DNA of 64,000 bases, from IMG/VR virus record IMGVR_UViG_3300031613_000001; one strand, given 5' to 3'. Each line of letters starts with the position of its first letter. The stretch's first letter is position 1. The position numbers and the translations under genes are program-made. This stretch comes from an uncultured virus (IMG/VR IMGVR_UViG_3300031613_000001) (lineage: Duplodnaviria > Heunggongvirae > Uroviricota > Caudoviricetes > Crassvirales). Of the stretch, positions 10,066 through 20,459 are shown piece by piece. The notes beneath the pieces are model-generated. The model was not told where the DNA came from, searched no databases, and was given only the letters and a program-made list of their open reading frames with translations.

Positions 10066-12447
10066 TTATTTACCTACGCTTTTTTGTTTAGATGCTGTAA
10101 TTTTTTGTTTTTCAATTTCCATTTTATCTTTATGCATTACCATGTTATTACCTATTTCTGTAAGTTTTATCATGATTTCATCTTTATGTTTTTGTATTTC
10201 AAGAGGATCAGTTATATCTTCTATACCATCATTATCAGAATCTCTATCTAACATTTGATGAGTAGATTGTAACAATGCTTTTTTCATATCAACATCAGCT
10301 TTTGTATCTATTTCGTATTTTTTAAGATCACGGTCAGCTTGTTTATTTGCACTTTCTTGCTCCATTTGAGCTTGTTGCACTTTGTTTTGTTCTTGAGCTT
10401 GTTGTTGACTTCTTTCTTGAGCATCTTCTTCTGCTGATTCAATTCTTCTTCTCATATCAGCAAGTGATGGAGATAAGTATACATCCATTACAGTAGCAAA
10501 ACTACCACCATTTTGCATAAATGATTGAGATAAGCCTTTAAGTGTTTCTTTAAGTTCTTTAGTTTTAAATGAGCTTGTTATAGCAATACCAAAATCTACT
10601 TCAGCAATATCATTAAAATCTAAATTTAATGTTTCTATAGATTGATCATCTAATATATATTGTGCTTTTTTATTAGATCCTTTAAGTGCTATTTTAGCAG
10701 TATCAATAAAACATTGCATTACTCTACGTTTAACATCTTCATGTTTCATAAACCACCATTCAGTAATATGACTTGATTGATTTACAGAACGTTCTACACC
10801 ACCTACAGTTTCTCTGTTTGATATTTGACCTTGTCTTTGTTGAGATATACCCATTATCTCACCCATTTCCATTTTAATATATTCAAGTAAACTAATGTGT
10901 TGTTGTATATATCCACCAGTTTCCAAATCAAAATAACCTTTTGATTGTTGCATACTACCAGCAACTTTTCCTGTAGAACTTCCTTTACTGCTTTCTTTAA
11001 AACTATCTTTAACTGCAATACCGTTTACTACAGCAAAATGTAACCATTTTTCAATTTCCCAGTTATCCGGAACAGATGCTAAGTCTAATTCTAATATTTT
11101 ACCATAATTTTTTTGTACTGATTTATTAAGTCTATCCCAAAGGATATCATACATGTATTGGTAATTTTTAGCTCTATCCATCATAGATACAGCGCGACCT
11201 TGATTAGTATTATATACTTCACCAATTATACCAGCGTGTGAATAAGAAGGATTATTTATTTTATTATACTGAACCGTTCTGGGTTTCATATTAATATAAA
11301 TATCTTTACCTAACTTAGTACCTTCCCAGAATTCTTTAACCCATAATACCTTAATTTCTTCACCTGCATTTTCATCAATAATATAGTTTTCATTCATCAT
11401 CTTATATTGAACGTCACCATTTTCGTCATAAAATTTTACTTTTAATAACTTTTTAAGTGATGCCCAGTATACACGTAATACTCTTACATTACCTTGACTA
11501 TCTGTATAATTAGGATTAAAACTATGACCATTTATTTCAGCAAGCCCAATGTAGTCATCTATAATGTCTCCATTAACATCTGTATCTCTAATAAATAAAT
11601 GGTTATTATGATCATCAGTATAATCACCATTTGTATTACTTTGCCCTGAGCTATAATGCATTAGCTCATCAATTTGCTTAGGTTTTAATTCTTCATGATA
11701 AGCATCAACAATTCTACCTGGTGACCAATGATCTTCAAGTATAACTAAATCTGAATCTTCTATTCTGGATGAATTACCGTTACGTACAGCATGAACTTTT
11801 AATGGATTTAATTTTTCCATTGTTGGCTCATTATTTTCTATATCACATTGATATATTTCTTCTGCAAACAACAACGCATCTTTAAAACCTTCATTAAACT
11901 TTTTATCAAAAGATAGTTCTACTGAATAATGATTAAGTAATCTATTTATTAACAGTTCTCTAGAGTCTTGCCATGATCTGACATCTCTACTTAACTGTTT
12001 CATTTGTTGTTCTAATTCTTTTTGATCTTTTGATTGCTCAATTAATGAAGCTAAATTTTTTATTAAAAATTGTTTTTTCTTATCTTCTTTTTGAGAAATA
12101 GCATTGGGATTAGTAATTATTGCACTGAATTCTGTACGTCTATTTATTTCTTCACCTATAAGTAATTCTATTTTAGGAACTACTATTGGGTGATGAGGTA
12201 TGTTATCAGGCACATATGATGCATCTAAACCAAAAGGATTTATAACTTTTTGAATATCTCTTCTGTCTACTATACCATTAAACAAGTGTAAGTTACTTAC
12301 TTTGTTTTGTAAAGTAGATCTAACTATATCATTATGATAAAATGAATAGTTGTCACCATAGTCTACATTTTCCTTTCTCCAATTTTTACTTTTGGATTTA
12401 TAAGAAAGTCGTTGTCTTGGTATTGATTTAAATGTAAATTTTCCCAT
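10066..12447 (-). CDS. Portal protein
   Basis: 793 aa; PRQRL..K.K.K.W, HHPIVVPKIELLIGEE, GISQQRQGQIS.RETVGGVERSV.QSSHITE; coiled-coil tail. Confidence 0.85.
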   Translation of the reverse strand: MGKFTFKSIPRQRLSYKSKSKNWRKENVDYGDNYSFYHNDIVRSTLQNKVSNLHLFNGIVDRRDIQKVINPFGLDASYVPDNIPHHPIVVPKIELLIGEEINRRTEFSAIITNPNAISQKEDKKKQFLIKNLASLIEQSKDQKELEQQMKQLSRDVRSWQDSRELLINRLLNHYSVELSFDKKFNEGFKDALLFAEEIYQCDIENNEPTMEKLNPLKVHAVRNGNSSRIEDSDLVILEDHWSPGRIVDAYHEELKPKQIDELMHYSSGQSNTNGDYTDDHNNHLFIRDTDVNGDIIDDYIGLAEINGHSFNPNYTDSQGNVRVLRVYWASLKKLLKVKFYDENGDVQYKMMNENYIIDENAGEEIKVLWVKEFWEGTKLGKDIYINMKPRTVQYNKINNPSYSHAGIIGEVYNTNQGRAVSMMDRAKNYQYMYDILWDRLNKSVQKNYGKILELDLASVPDNWEIEKWLHFAVVNGIAVKDSFKESSKGSSTGKVAGSMQQSKGYFDLETGGYIQQHISLLEYIKMEMGEIMGISQQRQGQISNRETVGGVERSVNQSSHITEWWFMKHEDVKRRVMQCFIDTAKIALKGSNKKAQYILDDQSIETLNLDFNDIAEVDFGIAITSSFKTKELKETLKGLSQSFMQNGGSFATVMDVYLSPSLADMRRRIESAEEDAQERSQQQAQEQNKVQQAQMEQESANKQADRDLKKYEIDTKADVDMKKALLQSTHQMLDRDSDNDGIEDITDPLEIQKHKDEIMIKLTEIGNNMVMHKDKMEIEKQKITASKQKSVGK

Positions 12448-12454
12448 ATCTGTA

Positions 12455-12484
12455 CAAATTTATAATATTTATTTTAATATACAA
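12455..12484 (-). promoter_or_regulatory. Bacteroidota sigma-A promoter (TAAATTTG -7 box)
   Basis: Exact TAnnTTTG at 12455-12462, TTG ~19 nt upstream, 7 nt before portal ATG. Confidence 0.55.
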
Positions 12485-12532
12485 TGATTATATATCTTTA
12501 TTTTATAATATTCACTATATAATTAATAGCAC

Positions 12533-14854
12533 TTAAAGATTAAAGTGAATTTTGTTTTTTGTTAGTTTTTTGTTATATGCTGTAAATTTTTTAAAATCAT
12601 AGTTTTTATTAAAGAATGAATCTTCTGATAAATTAGATACTTTTGGTTTAGTAGAATCTTCTAATGAATATTTAATAGTTTTATATCTATCTTCTACTAA
12701 TATAAGTAACATACCTAATGCCGAAATCCTATCAAAGTTACCAGTTGGACTAAAAGCAATAAGTTCTCTTATTATACCAGGACTACGTAATAATTGTACT
12801 GGTGTAACACCTTCTCTATCATCTAATTCATCATCATCTAACCACATTTCTATTAATTGTAAACCATAGTTGTTTACACCAACTGTTCCAGGTGTACCTT
12901 TTCTTGTATTACCTGTTTTACGTATAGTTGTGTTTGCTTCATCTTTTAATGATTCTGGTGTATCTGCTAATCTATTTAATGATTTTTTCTTTTCATAATG
13001 CCAGAATAAACCTTTTTTATTATTTTCATAATTATTTAAACCATTATAAAACATAGTAAGTTTTCTTGTTATTTCATAGAAATCTTTTGCGTTACGTCTA
13101 CCTGTATATTCTGCAACAATACGTTTAGTCCAACCATCCATTACTATAGATGAACCAAGTGAGTTAGTTGTACTTTCATCATCATCATATGTATCAGTAC
13201 CTATAAAATATCTATTTGGAAATACTTCATCATCATTATTACGTTTTGGCATTTCAAAAAATTCTATTATACCGGGATGTATTGAGTTATCAAGTATAGG
13301 ATAATTATGTACAACATCTTTTTTATCTTTAGGTGTAAACCTTAATTCACCCTTAGAGTTAAAAGTAAGATCTCCGTACCAATGTTTATCTGCATATTCT
13401 TTAGGATTTTGTTGTAAATTTTTCATTTGATTTTTTAAATCAGCAATTGGAAATCTATTACCTGTTTTATTAAGAAACATTTCTGATGGAACTAAAGGAT
13501 AATTCATCATTTCTAAATCTAATGCAGAGTTAGATTTAGCTTTTTTAGCTTTAGATCTTTCTTCTAACTTATAATCATACGCTTGTGCAAAGTTGGTGTT
13601 ACCGTTTTTATCTTTAAAACTATTAATACCATATATTGCTGGTACAAACCAACCTATTTTACCTGTTCCTTCCCATACATCTTCAAATTCAAGGAATTGA
13701 AATGCTTTTGGATCTCTAAATATAATTTCAGATTCAATAATTTTTTCCATGTTACCACCAGTACCTAAATATACAGAAGAACCAAATTTCCAGTTACCTT
13801 CCATTTGACATGCTATGTTGGATCCATGTGCTGTAAGTACATTAGACATAAGACCTACTTCTTCTATAACCATTACACCAGGTCTTGTACCTGCAGCTGC
13901 TTCTGGATTTTCTGTAGTGTATATACCATGTTTTATATTACTACCAGTACCTAGCTTAATCCAAGTACCACCTATATTTTTTTCATACTCGTGTCTCCAT
14001 GGGTTTTTCATGTTGTTTGGACCTAATGAACCTGCCATTGATTTAGTTAACGGAGAAGGATAATATTTACCGTTGGAATCAATATAATTACCCGGTAAGT
14101 GATCCATTGCTTCTCTTGTTTTACTAAGTATATCAGCTGATTTAGAAGATATTGCTGCTCCTGCAAATATTTCTACCTTATATGGGTTTTCTATTGTATA
14201 GCTATTGTATTCTTTAGCTCCATCAAATAACAACTCATATAAAATAACACCTACACCAACCATAAAAGATTTACCAAAACCCCTAGCACCAAGCATAAAT
14301 AGATTTCTAGCTTCATTATCATAAAGAGGTTTACCTTGAGGTTTATCTCTTAACATTCTTATATATGTTGCTGTTTCTATATACTTAAGATCTTTAAGAT
14401 GCTCAGGTAAGTCTTCATGTTTATATGTTACAAGTCTTCTGTCACAACTAAATTCTTTATCATCTGCAAATCCAGAAAAACCACGAGCCTCTAACCAGTT
14501 ATAAAAAAACCCCCATTCAATATCTCTAAGGTATGGACGCATTTTCATTTTAGGTGCTGATTTAGGACCCTTTTCGTCTTGGTGTAATATTGTACCAAAG
14601 TTTACATAAAAGTATAGGTTACCTGGCATATAGCGCCAGTTGTTAGACTCTATTGTGTAATCTATATCATTATCTATATTTACCTTAATACCTTTTTCAT
14701 CTAATCCCCAAAAACCTTCAATACATCTTTTTTTATGTAACTTCCAATACCTAAGATACCCAATGCTACTGGGATGTAGCTTGGGCACTCTAGAAATCAA
14801 AAAGTTTGATCTATTATTTATAAAAGGAATAGATGGGCTTTTAATTATGTTCAT
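12533..14854 (-). CDS. terL: Terminase large subunit
   Basis: Walker A GARGFGKS, Walker B VMVIEEVG, motif III GTGG, nuclease GTDTYD and GNFDRISA. Confidence 0.9.
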   Translation of the reverse strand: MNIIKSPSIPFINNRSNFLISRVPKLHPSSIGYLRYWKLHKKRCIEGFWGLDEKGIKVNIDNDIDYTIESNNWRYMPGNLYFYVNFGTILHQDEKGPKSAPKMKMRPYLRDIEWGFFYNWLEARGFSGFADDKEFSCDRRLVTYKHEDLPEHLKDLKYIETATYIRMLRDKPQGKPLYDNEARNLFMLGARGFGKSFMVGVGVILYELLFDGAKEYNSYTIENPYKVEIFAGAAISSKSADILSKTREAMDHLPGNYIDSNGKYYPSPLTKSMAGSLGPNNMKNPWRHEYEKNIGGTWIKLGTGSNIKHGIYTTENPEAAAGTRPGVMVIEEVGLMSNVLTAHGSNIACQMEGNWKFGSSVYLGTGGNMEKIIESEIIFRDPKAFQFLEFEDVWEGTGKIGWFVPAIYGINSFKDKNGNTNFAQAYDYKLEERSKAKKAKSNSALDLEMMNYPLVPSEMFLNKTGNRFPIADLKNQMKNLQQNPKEYADKHWYGDLTFNSKGELRFTPKDKKDVVHNYPILDNSIHPGIIEFFEMPKRNNDDEVFPNRYFIGTDTYDDDESTTNSLGSSIVMDGWTKRIVAEYTGRRNAKDFYEITRKLTMFYNGLNNYENNKKGLFWHYEKKKSLNRLADTPESLKDEANTTIRKTGNTRKGTPGTVGVNNYGLQLIEMWLDDDELDDREGVTPVQLLRSPGIIRELIAFSPTGNFDRISALGMLLILVEDRYKTIKYSLEDSTKPKVSNLSEDSFFNKNYDFKKFTAYNKKLTKNKIHFNL

Positions 14855-15004
14855 TAGATTTTTTTATTATATTTTTTATAGCTTTATCAAAAGCTTTTCT
14901 AGCATTAGGTCCTCCTGAAGAAGAATCTTGATAAATAATATTATATTTACTATATTTAAAATCTAAATCTTTTAATATATTTTTTAAATTTTCTAATGTA
15001 AATT
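14841..15004 (-). CDS. Small hypothetical protein (start uncertain)
   Basis: Open frame filling the gap between 15004..15576 and terL. Confidence 0.35.
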
Positions 15005-15576
15005 TAGAGTAGTCCTTGTTCTGCTGCTGATTCTTGCATTCCTCCTTTTGTTTTTCCTCCATCTGTTTTTTCTTTATCTACCATTTGTTGAACACTATCT
15101 AAGTATTCATATATTTTTTTAGTTTCAACTACCATCTTATCAAGTTGTGCAGCTGTACCTTTTGTCAGTTTTGATCTACCACCTACTTCTTCGTATTCAT
15201 CAAGACTATATTCTGTATTTTTTATAAATTTAGAACGCTCATTCATTTTTTCTATTATGTCAAACAAGTTACGTTCTCCTGGTGTAAGACATCTATTGTA
15301 ATATTCTTCAATTAAGTCTTCATGATTATCCCATTCTACTTTACAGTAGTCTGTTACAATTAAATTACGTTTATCTTGGTCAGCTAAGTTCTTCCATGGA
15401 TTATCAGTGTGTGGATCTACCAAAAAAGCAATAGCCCACATGATTTGTGAGCTAGTGTTTTTGTTTTTAGACTTATCTGATTTATTGAACTCTCTAAACT
15501 TCTTAATTGTAAGAAATGAAGGGTTTACCAACCAAAAGTTTTCATTAGTATCAAATGTTCTAACTATTGTTGTCAT
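15004..15576 (-). CDS. Conserved crAss-like protein, possible terminase small subunit
   Basis: 190 aa, DKSKNK..SS..MWAIA motif, upstream of terL. Confidence 0.5.
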   Translation of the reverse strand: MTTIVRTFDTNENFWLVNPSFLTIKKFREFNKSDKSKNKNTSSQIMWAIAFLVDPHTDNPWKNLADQDKRNLIVTDYCKVEWDNHEDLIEEYYNRCLTPGERNLFDIIEKMNERSKFIKNTEYSLDEYEEVGGRSKLTKGTAAQLDKMVVETKKIYEYLDSVQQMVDKEKTDGGKTKGGMQESAAEQGLL

Positions 15577-15929
15577 TATACTGTAAATTTACCTTTAACA
15601 AACCTACGTGAATCATCAACTAATATATACATATTATCATCAATTTCCATGCTTTTAAATTCAAGTGTTGACAATACCTCATTTGTATTAGTTGGATTTT
15701 TTTTATGTACAACAAATTCTTCAAGGTCTAATCTAATTTGATCACCTACTTTAAAATGACAACCTTCTCCTGCTGCTACAATAAATTGATTTTCATCAAA
15801 TATAGGTTCTTGACTATCTGAAAAGTCTAAATCATTTGTTGCAAAGTATTTATTAGTTGTTACTAAATATGTTGATCTATGTGGTTCAAAGTTTATTTCC
15901 AAATCTGTAATGTCTTTTGCTTTAATCAT
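15576..15929 (-). CDS. GroES-like co-chaperonin (divergent)
   Basis: 117 aa; FEP....LVT...IVAAGEG..FKVGDQI pattern; GroEL-like gene nearby. Confidence 0.45.
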   Translation of the reverse strand: MIKAKDITDLEINFEPHRSTYLVTTNKYFATNDLDFSDSQEPIFDENQFIVAAGEGCHFKVGDQIRLDLEEFVVHKKNPTNTNEVLSTLEFKSMEIDDNMYILVDDSRRFVKGKFTV

Positions 15930-16143
15930 TTTTCTTATTTAATTTATTTATTCGTTTGTAAATTTTTTTATTAAAATAAAACTTACCTAAGTGTTGATGA
16001 AAAAAGTTAGTTTTCTCATCGTTTTCTAAATCTTTTTTTTCTATTTTAGATACCATAAATTCATACACACTATCTACTACTTGTTTTATTTCTATATCTC
16101 TTCTACTAACTAGTAATCCTATTTTGTGTATAATTTTATCCAT
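15922..16143 (-). CDS. HU/IHF-like DNA-binding protein
   Basis: 73 aa; IKQVVDSVYEFM...HLGKFY. Confidence 0.45.
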   Translation of the reverse strand: MDKIIHKIGLLVSRRDIEIKQVVDSVYEFMVSKIEKKDLENDEKTNFFHQHLGKFYFNKKIYKRINKLNKKND

Positions 16144-16504
16144 CTATAATAAATTCAAATTTTAATTCGTATTTACCATTTTTAACATCTGGTATAAATT
16201 TATCTTTTATTTTTCTTTTTTCTATTATACCGGCTTTTCTTAATATAGTAAGACTATTTTGTATAATGTGATCTTCTATGTTTAAATCATTTCTTATTTT
16301 TAGTTTTGTTTCATAATCAAATACTGCTTTCCATAAATCGTCTTCATTATTATAGTCATTTTTTAGCATATCATGATGATATAATAACTCTGTTAAAATA
16401 GAAACTTGTCTTTTCTTTATTTTATGAAATGGTTGAGTTATTAATAACCATCTTTTAAAAAAATTTCTTTTATTACATGGTATTTTAAATTTTCCATTAT
16501 TCAT
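16136..16504 (-). CDS. Hypothetical, possible winged-HTH protein
   Basis: 122 aa; KIRNDLNI....IQNSLTILRKAGII. Confidence 0.45.
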   Translation of the reverse strand: MNNGKFKIPCNKRNFFKRWLLITQPFHKIKKRQVSILTELLYHHDMLKNDYNNEDDLWKAVFDYETKLKIRNDLNIEDHIIQNSLTILRKAGIIEKRKIKDKFIPDVKNGKYELKFEFIIDG

Positions 16505-17150
16505 CTCTTATTATATTTAATACTTTTTCTACAGCAGGATGTCTGTGATTTTTAGTAAGTTCTGCAACATAACAATATTCAGGTACTTGTTTTAGTTTAT
16601 TAAGTAATGTTATACAGCTAGAAAGTTTTTGTTTTAAGTCTACTTGTTGTCTACTACCTGAAAATATTAATTTAGATGTTTTACCTAATCTACCTATAAT
16701 CATTTCCATTTGACTTTTTGTACAGTTTTGAAACTCATCTACTATAACAATAGCATTATCATAACTTACACCCCTAGTAAACGCAATTGGTAATATTCTA
16801 ATTTCTTCTTTTTCAATATGCTTACTTATTTTATTCTTTTTTACATCTGTTGTTCCATATACGTTTCTTATATTTTCATATATTGGTTGTAAAAAAGGAT
16901 CTAATTTTTCTGAAATACCACCTGGTAAATAACCAAAATCTTCTGTGGTTACGGTTGGTCTTGTTATAATTATTTGTTTGTAATGTGTATCTTTTCTAAA
17001 AAATAAATCAAGTGCAATGTTTACAGCAAGCATTGTTTTACCAGTACCTTCTTTACCTATAATAAAATTTAAAGGCATTTTTAATACAGTATTTTTAATT
17101 TCTTTTTGTTCTTGTGTGAGCTTAATATTAAAATTTATTTCTTTTGACAT
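16497..17150 (-). CDS. phoH: PhoH-family ATPase
   Basis: GKEGTGKT, IIITRP, GYLPG, RGVSY, IVDEFQN, HRHP. Confidence 0.9.
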   Translation of the reverse strand: MSKEINFNIKLTQEQKEIKNTVLKMPLNFIIGKEGTGKTMLAVNIALDLFFRKDTHYKQIIITRPTVTTEDFGYLPGGISEKLDPFLQPIYENIRNVYGTTDVKKNKISKHIEKEEIRILPIAFTRGVSYDNAIVIVDEFQNCTKSQMEMIIGRLGKTSKLIFSGSRQQVDLKQKLSSCITLLNKLKQVPEYCYVAELTKNHRHPAVEKVLNIIRDE

Positions 17151-17419
17151 TAGTATCCTATTTTTTTTATAACTGTAAACAGTCTTTTATTTTCGTTTAT
17201 GAAATTACCTACTATATCATACATTTTATCTTTATCAGTTGTTAACGTTGATACATTTTTAAAAAGTTTTCCATTTAATCCAACTTTAGCATGTAATTCT
17301 TCTATAGTGTGTGAATGTATTTTAGTTGGTAAATATACTGTTCTATATCCTATTGGTTCTTCATCCGTATCATTATTATATAAAGGTATATTTACTATTT
17401 TAATAACTGTACTATCCAT
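17150..17419 (-). CDS. Hypothetical protein
   Basis: 89-aa ORF coupled to neighbours. Confidence 0.55.
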   Translation of the reverse strand: MDSTVIKIVNIPLYNNDTDEEPIGYRTVYLPTKIHSHTIEELHAKVGLNGKLFKNVSTLTTDKDKMYDIVGNFINENKRLFTVIKKIGY

Positions 17420-17621
17420 CTATGGCTTTAAAACCATGTTTTTCAAAATATACATATATAGTAGGTAAAGTTGATGTATGGTTTAAGCTATCACAATCAC
17501 CGCACCATACATTACTTTTGTTATCTTCTATTATATATAAACTTTTACATGCATTGCAAAACTCTACTTGTTCATCGTCGTAATTCATTATTTTGTGTTT
17601 ATTACTAGTTTTAGGTTCCAT
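17412..17621 (-). CDS. Small zinc-ribbon protein
   Basis: CNAC.SL.I ... CGDC. Confidence 0.6.
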   Translation of the reverse strand: MEPKTSNKHKIMNYDDEQVEFCNACKSLYIIEDNKSNVWCGDCDSLNHTSTLPTIYVYFEKHGFKAIDG

Positions 17622-17735
17622 AAATTTTTGTTTCTATATATAGTAATATCAGAAGTTCTTTTTGTGTTTTTTGTATTCATTTTATGGTTTTCAGCTAATG
17701 TTAAAGTAAGTATTTTATCTAATTCTTTAAATGTT

Positions 17736-18032
17736 TTATATTTGTATATGTATTGCATTTTCATTTTTATAATTTTTCCATTCTTGTTTTTCCATTAAAT
17801 CAGGAAATCTATTACCATCATTACAACTTTCTTTTAAATGACTTTTCTTTCTTGGTGGACATCCGCAATATATACATTCATTAGTAATAAGACAATCATC
17901 TTTACAAAGATTTAATCTATACAGTACTTGTTCTTTAATATACTTAGGTCTTCCAAATAATTCATTTATATAATATAAAATATTACCTTTAATAAAAGCT
18001 CTTACGTTTTTAAATGTTATTTCTTTATTCAT
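17736..18032 (-). CDS. Cys-rich hypothetical protein
   Basis: C.DDC....ECIYCGC...SCN.G.RFPDLM. Confidence 0.6.
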   Translation of the reverse strand: MNKEITFKNVRAFIKGNILYYINELFGRPKYIKEQVLYRLNLCKDDCLITNECIYCGCPPRKKSHLKESCNDGNRFPDLMEKQEWKNYKNENAIHIQI

Positions 18033-18327
18033 CGTTTGTAATTTTTAACATTATAGCTTGTTCATATTCGTCAAACATATTTTCTTTATCAAATTGTCTA
18101 ACTGTTTTACCAAAGTTGTCAAGAGTTAATTTTAAACCTTCTTTTTTGATTTCATTAGCAAGTTTTACTACGTATTTAATACGCTTTGTAAGTTCACTTG
18201 TATGAAATTGCATATCAACTTGAGTTTGTCTACCTTTAGTTCTTTTACTATTATTAAAAAGTCTTTTAGGTATTTTATTACCGTTTTCATCTATTTTACC
18301 TCTACGTTGTTGTCTAGCTATCCCCAT
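18025..18327 (-). CDS. Basic hypothetical protein
   Basis: 100-aa ORF overlapping neighbours. Confidence 0.55.
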   Translation of the reverse strand: MGIARQQRRGKIDENGNKIPKRLFNNSKRTKGRQTQVDMQFHTSELTKRIKYVVKLANEIKKEGLKLTLDNFGKTVRQFDKENMFDEYEQAIMLKITNDE

Positions 18328-19729
18328 TTATAATAATTGTATTAGTTGTTAATATTGTTCCAGCTACTGCTATGGCATTTGTAATTGCACACTTAAGTAC
18401 TAGTGATGGATCGTATATTTTATTTTTAATTATTTCTTCTTTATCATAACAATTTAATATAGACCATGGATCATTAAGTGCTTTGATTAATATTTTGTTA
18501 TCAATTTTATCAGCTATTTCCATTGCTGTAATACCACCACCTAATATTATACCATCTAGTAAAGCTGACTTACATGCGTTTACTGCATCTTCTAACTTGT
18601 CATGTAATTCTCTATATTCTATTTCTGAACCTGCTCCTATGTTAATTATACTAATACCGCATTTAAATTTACTAAGTAATGATAATAGTTGTTCTATTTC
18701 ATAACCATCAGTAGATTTATCTAATTTAAATTTTAAAAATTTAATTCTTTGGTTTAATTCTTTATTTTCTATATTATCGTTATGGAATATTAACCTATTA
18801 TTTTTACCACTAAATGTTTTTACAAATCCATAATCTAAACCTTTGTAAAACTGTGTTGTATTTAATACTTTAGTAGCTCCTGTATAAGCTCTAATATTTT
18901 CAAGTGTTTCTAATCTACCAGATGAATAACCTGGAGATTTAATAAGTTTAATGTTCCAATGTTGTCTATTACTATATATTATCTTTTGAATGTCATTAGA
19001 AAATTCTTCTGCTATAATAATTATATTTTCATTTACATTTTTTATTTCTTGTAAGAAAACACTCATGGATCTTACGTTGTCAATTTTACCATCTATTGTA
19101 TAAACTCTAGAATATGATAAAGTATCTTCTGTATAATCATACTGAGAATTAAATACATTACCATCTGTTGAATAACCTTCAATAAATTCTGTTGTAGTTA
19201 CTTTATCTTTTGATTGGTCAAACAATACATCAGCGTCAATATTACTACTAAAAACTTTTAGTATTAGTTCTGATACATTTTTATCACCATTTGTTGATAC
19301 CATTGCAATATCATAAATGTCATCTATTGTACATTCTCTTTTATATTTATTTATATGATCTATTATTTGAGGTAAACAATCTTCTAGTTCTCTTTTAAGT
19401 ATAATACCATTAGTATTAGATTTAAATCCTTCTTCTATAATAGTTCTTGCAAACAACATTGAAGTAGTTGTACCATCACCAGCTTGTGTGTTAGTAAGAA
19501 GACACGCTTCTTTTAACATTTGTATAGCTTCATTTTCAAACCTATCTTTTGAACTAATTTCTTTTGCTACTGATACACCATCTTTAGTAATAAATCTACT
19601 ACCATCCGGTTGACTAATAATTACATTATGACCATTTGGACCGTATGTACTAAGAACAGCGTCTGCTATTTTTTTTGTACCTATTAGTAATTTTTCTCTA
19701 GCTTCTACGTTGCTTAATATTTTACTCAT
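18314..19729 (-). CDS. groEL: GroEL-like chaperonin
   Basis: STYGPNG.NVII, ITKDGVSVAKEI, AGDGTTT, EDAVNA.KSA...GI..GGG; start taken at MSKILSN. Confidence 0.9.
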   Translation of the reverse strand: MSKILSNVEAREKLLIGTKKIADAVLSTYGPNGHNVIISQPDGSRFITKDGVSVAKEISSKDRFENEAIQMLKEACLLTNTQAGDGTTTSMLFARTIIEEGFKSNTNGIILKRELEDCLPQIIDHINKYKRECTIDDIYDIAMVSTNGDKNVSELILKVFSSNIDADVLFDQSKDKVTTTEFIEGYSTDGNVFNSQYDYTEDTLSYSRVYTIDGKIDNVRSMSVFLQEIKNVNENIIIIAEEFSNDIQKIIYSNRQHWNIKLIKSPGYSSGRLETLENIRAYTGATKVLNTTQFYKGLDYGFVKTFSGKNNRLIFHNDNIENKELNQRIKFLKFKLDKSTDGYEIEQLLSLLSKFKCGISIINIGAGSEIEYRELHDKLEDAVNACKSALLDGIILGGGITAMEIADKIDNKILIKALNDPWSILNCYDKEEIIKNKIYDPSLVLKCAITNAIAVAGTILTTNTIIINGDS

Positions 19730-19988
19730 CTTCTTTTCCAAATATGTCTTCTGTTAGTTCTATAGATATTGTTACTTCTAAATCATTATTACTATACGTA
19801 TAAATCCCATTGCAAACAATATTTCTAAACTCTTGATCTGATATAAGACCTTCTTTTAATTCACTTCCCATTTCCCTGCCAAGAAAGTCTTCAAAAACTT
19901 CCTCAGCTTTTTCACGGGAAGTTACATTTTTAAAGTCTTCAACGGTATCCCAACCATCACTTTTATAATATGTAACTGTATAATTCAT
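19722..19988 (-). CDS. Hypothetical protein
   Basis: 88-aa ORF. Confidence 0.55.
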   Translation of the reverse strand: MNYTVTYYKSDGWDTVEDFKNVTSREKAEEVFEDFLGREMGSELKEGLISDQEFRNIVCNGIYTYSNNDLEVTISIELTEDIFGKEDE

Positions 19989-20377
19989 TATTCTGTTTTT
20001 TTACGTTTAGTGTAATTACGTTTTTTGTTTTTAGGTGCTTTCACAATTTCAACATCTACAACTTCTGTTTCTTTAGATTTTTGTTCTTTTTCAAACTTAT
20101 CATTCTTTTCTTGAAACGATTTAAACAATTCTCTAAGTTGTTTATTTTCTGATTCAATAATGTTTGCAGTTTTTACAATTTGATTTGCTTCTGTAATTAC
20201 TGCTTGTTTAACAAAAAACTGATAAAGTCCAAATACTGATGAACTAATAGGTACAAGTGAAGCTAGAAATACTTCAAACCCAATTGAATCTGTGAATACT
20301 AATGCTAAACTTCCTAAACTTAATAGTGTTGCTATACCAATAAAAATTGCTTTAGGTTGTTTTAAAAATTCTTTCAT
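19988..20377 (-). CDS. Membrane protein, two TM helices plus coiled coil (possible holin-like)
   Basis: Two hydrophobic N-terminal segments, basic tail. Confidence 0.5.
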   Translation of the reverse strand: MKEFLKQPKAIFIGIATLLSLGSLALVFTDSIGFEVFLASLVPISSSVFGLYQFFVKQAVITEANQIVKTANIIESENKQLRELFKSFQEKNDKFEKEQKSKETEVVDVEIVKAPKNKKRNYTKRKKTE

Positions 20378-20416
20378 TTTTTTTAATTTTAAATTATGTT
20401 GTTTTTAATTATAGTA

Positions 20417-20452
20417 CAAAGGTACGATGGATATTTTTAATATGCAAGTAAA
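20417..20452 (-). promoter_or_regulatory. Bacteroidota sigma-A promoter
   Basis: TACCTTTG (20417-20424), 19-nt spacer, TTTACTTGC upstream; same layout as 20906 site. Confidence 0.65.
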
Positions 20453-20459
20453 ATCGTAT

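Noticed and set aside
126..18704. Plus-strand ORFs in the track (126..509, 1359..1613, 4973..5209, 13815..14063 and similar)
   Set aside because: Antisense shadows of long minus-strand structural genes.
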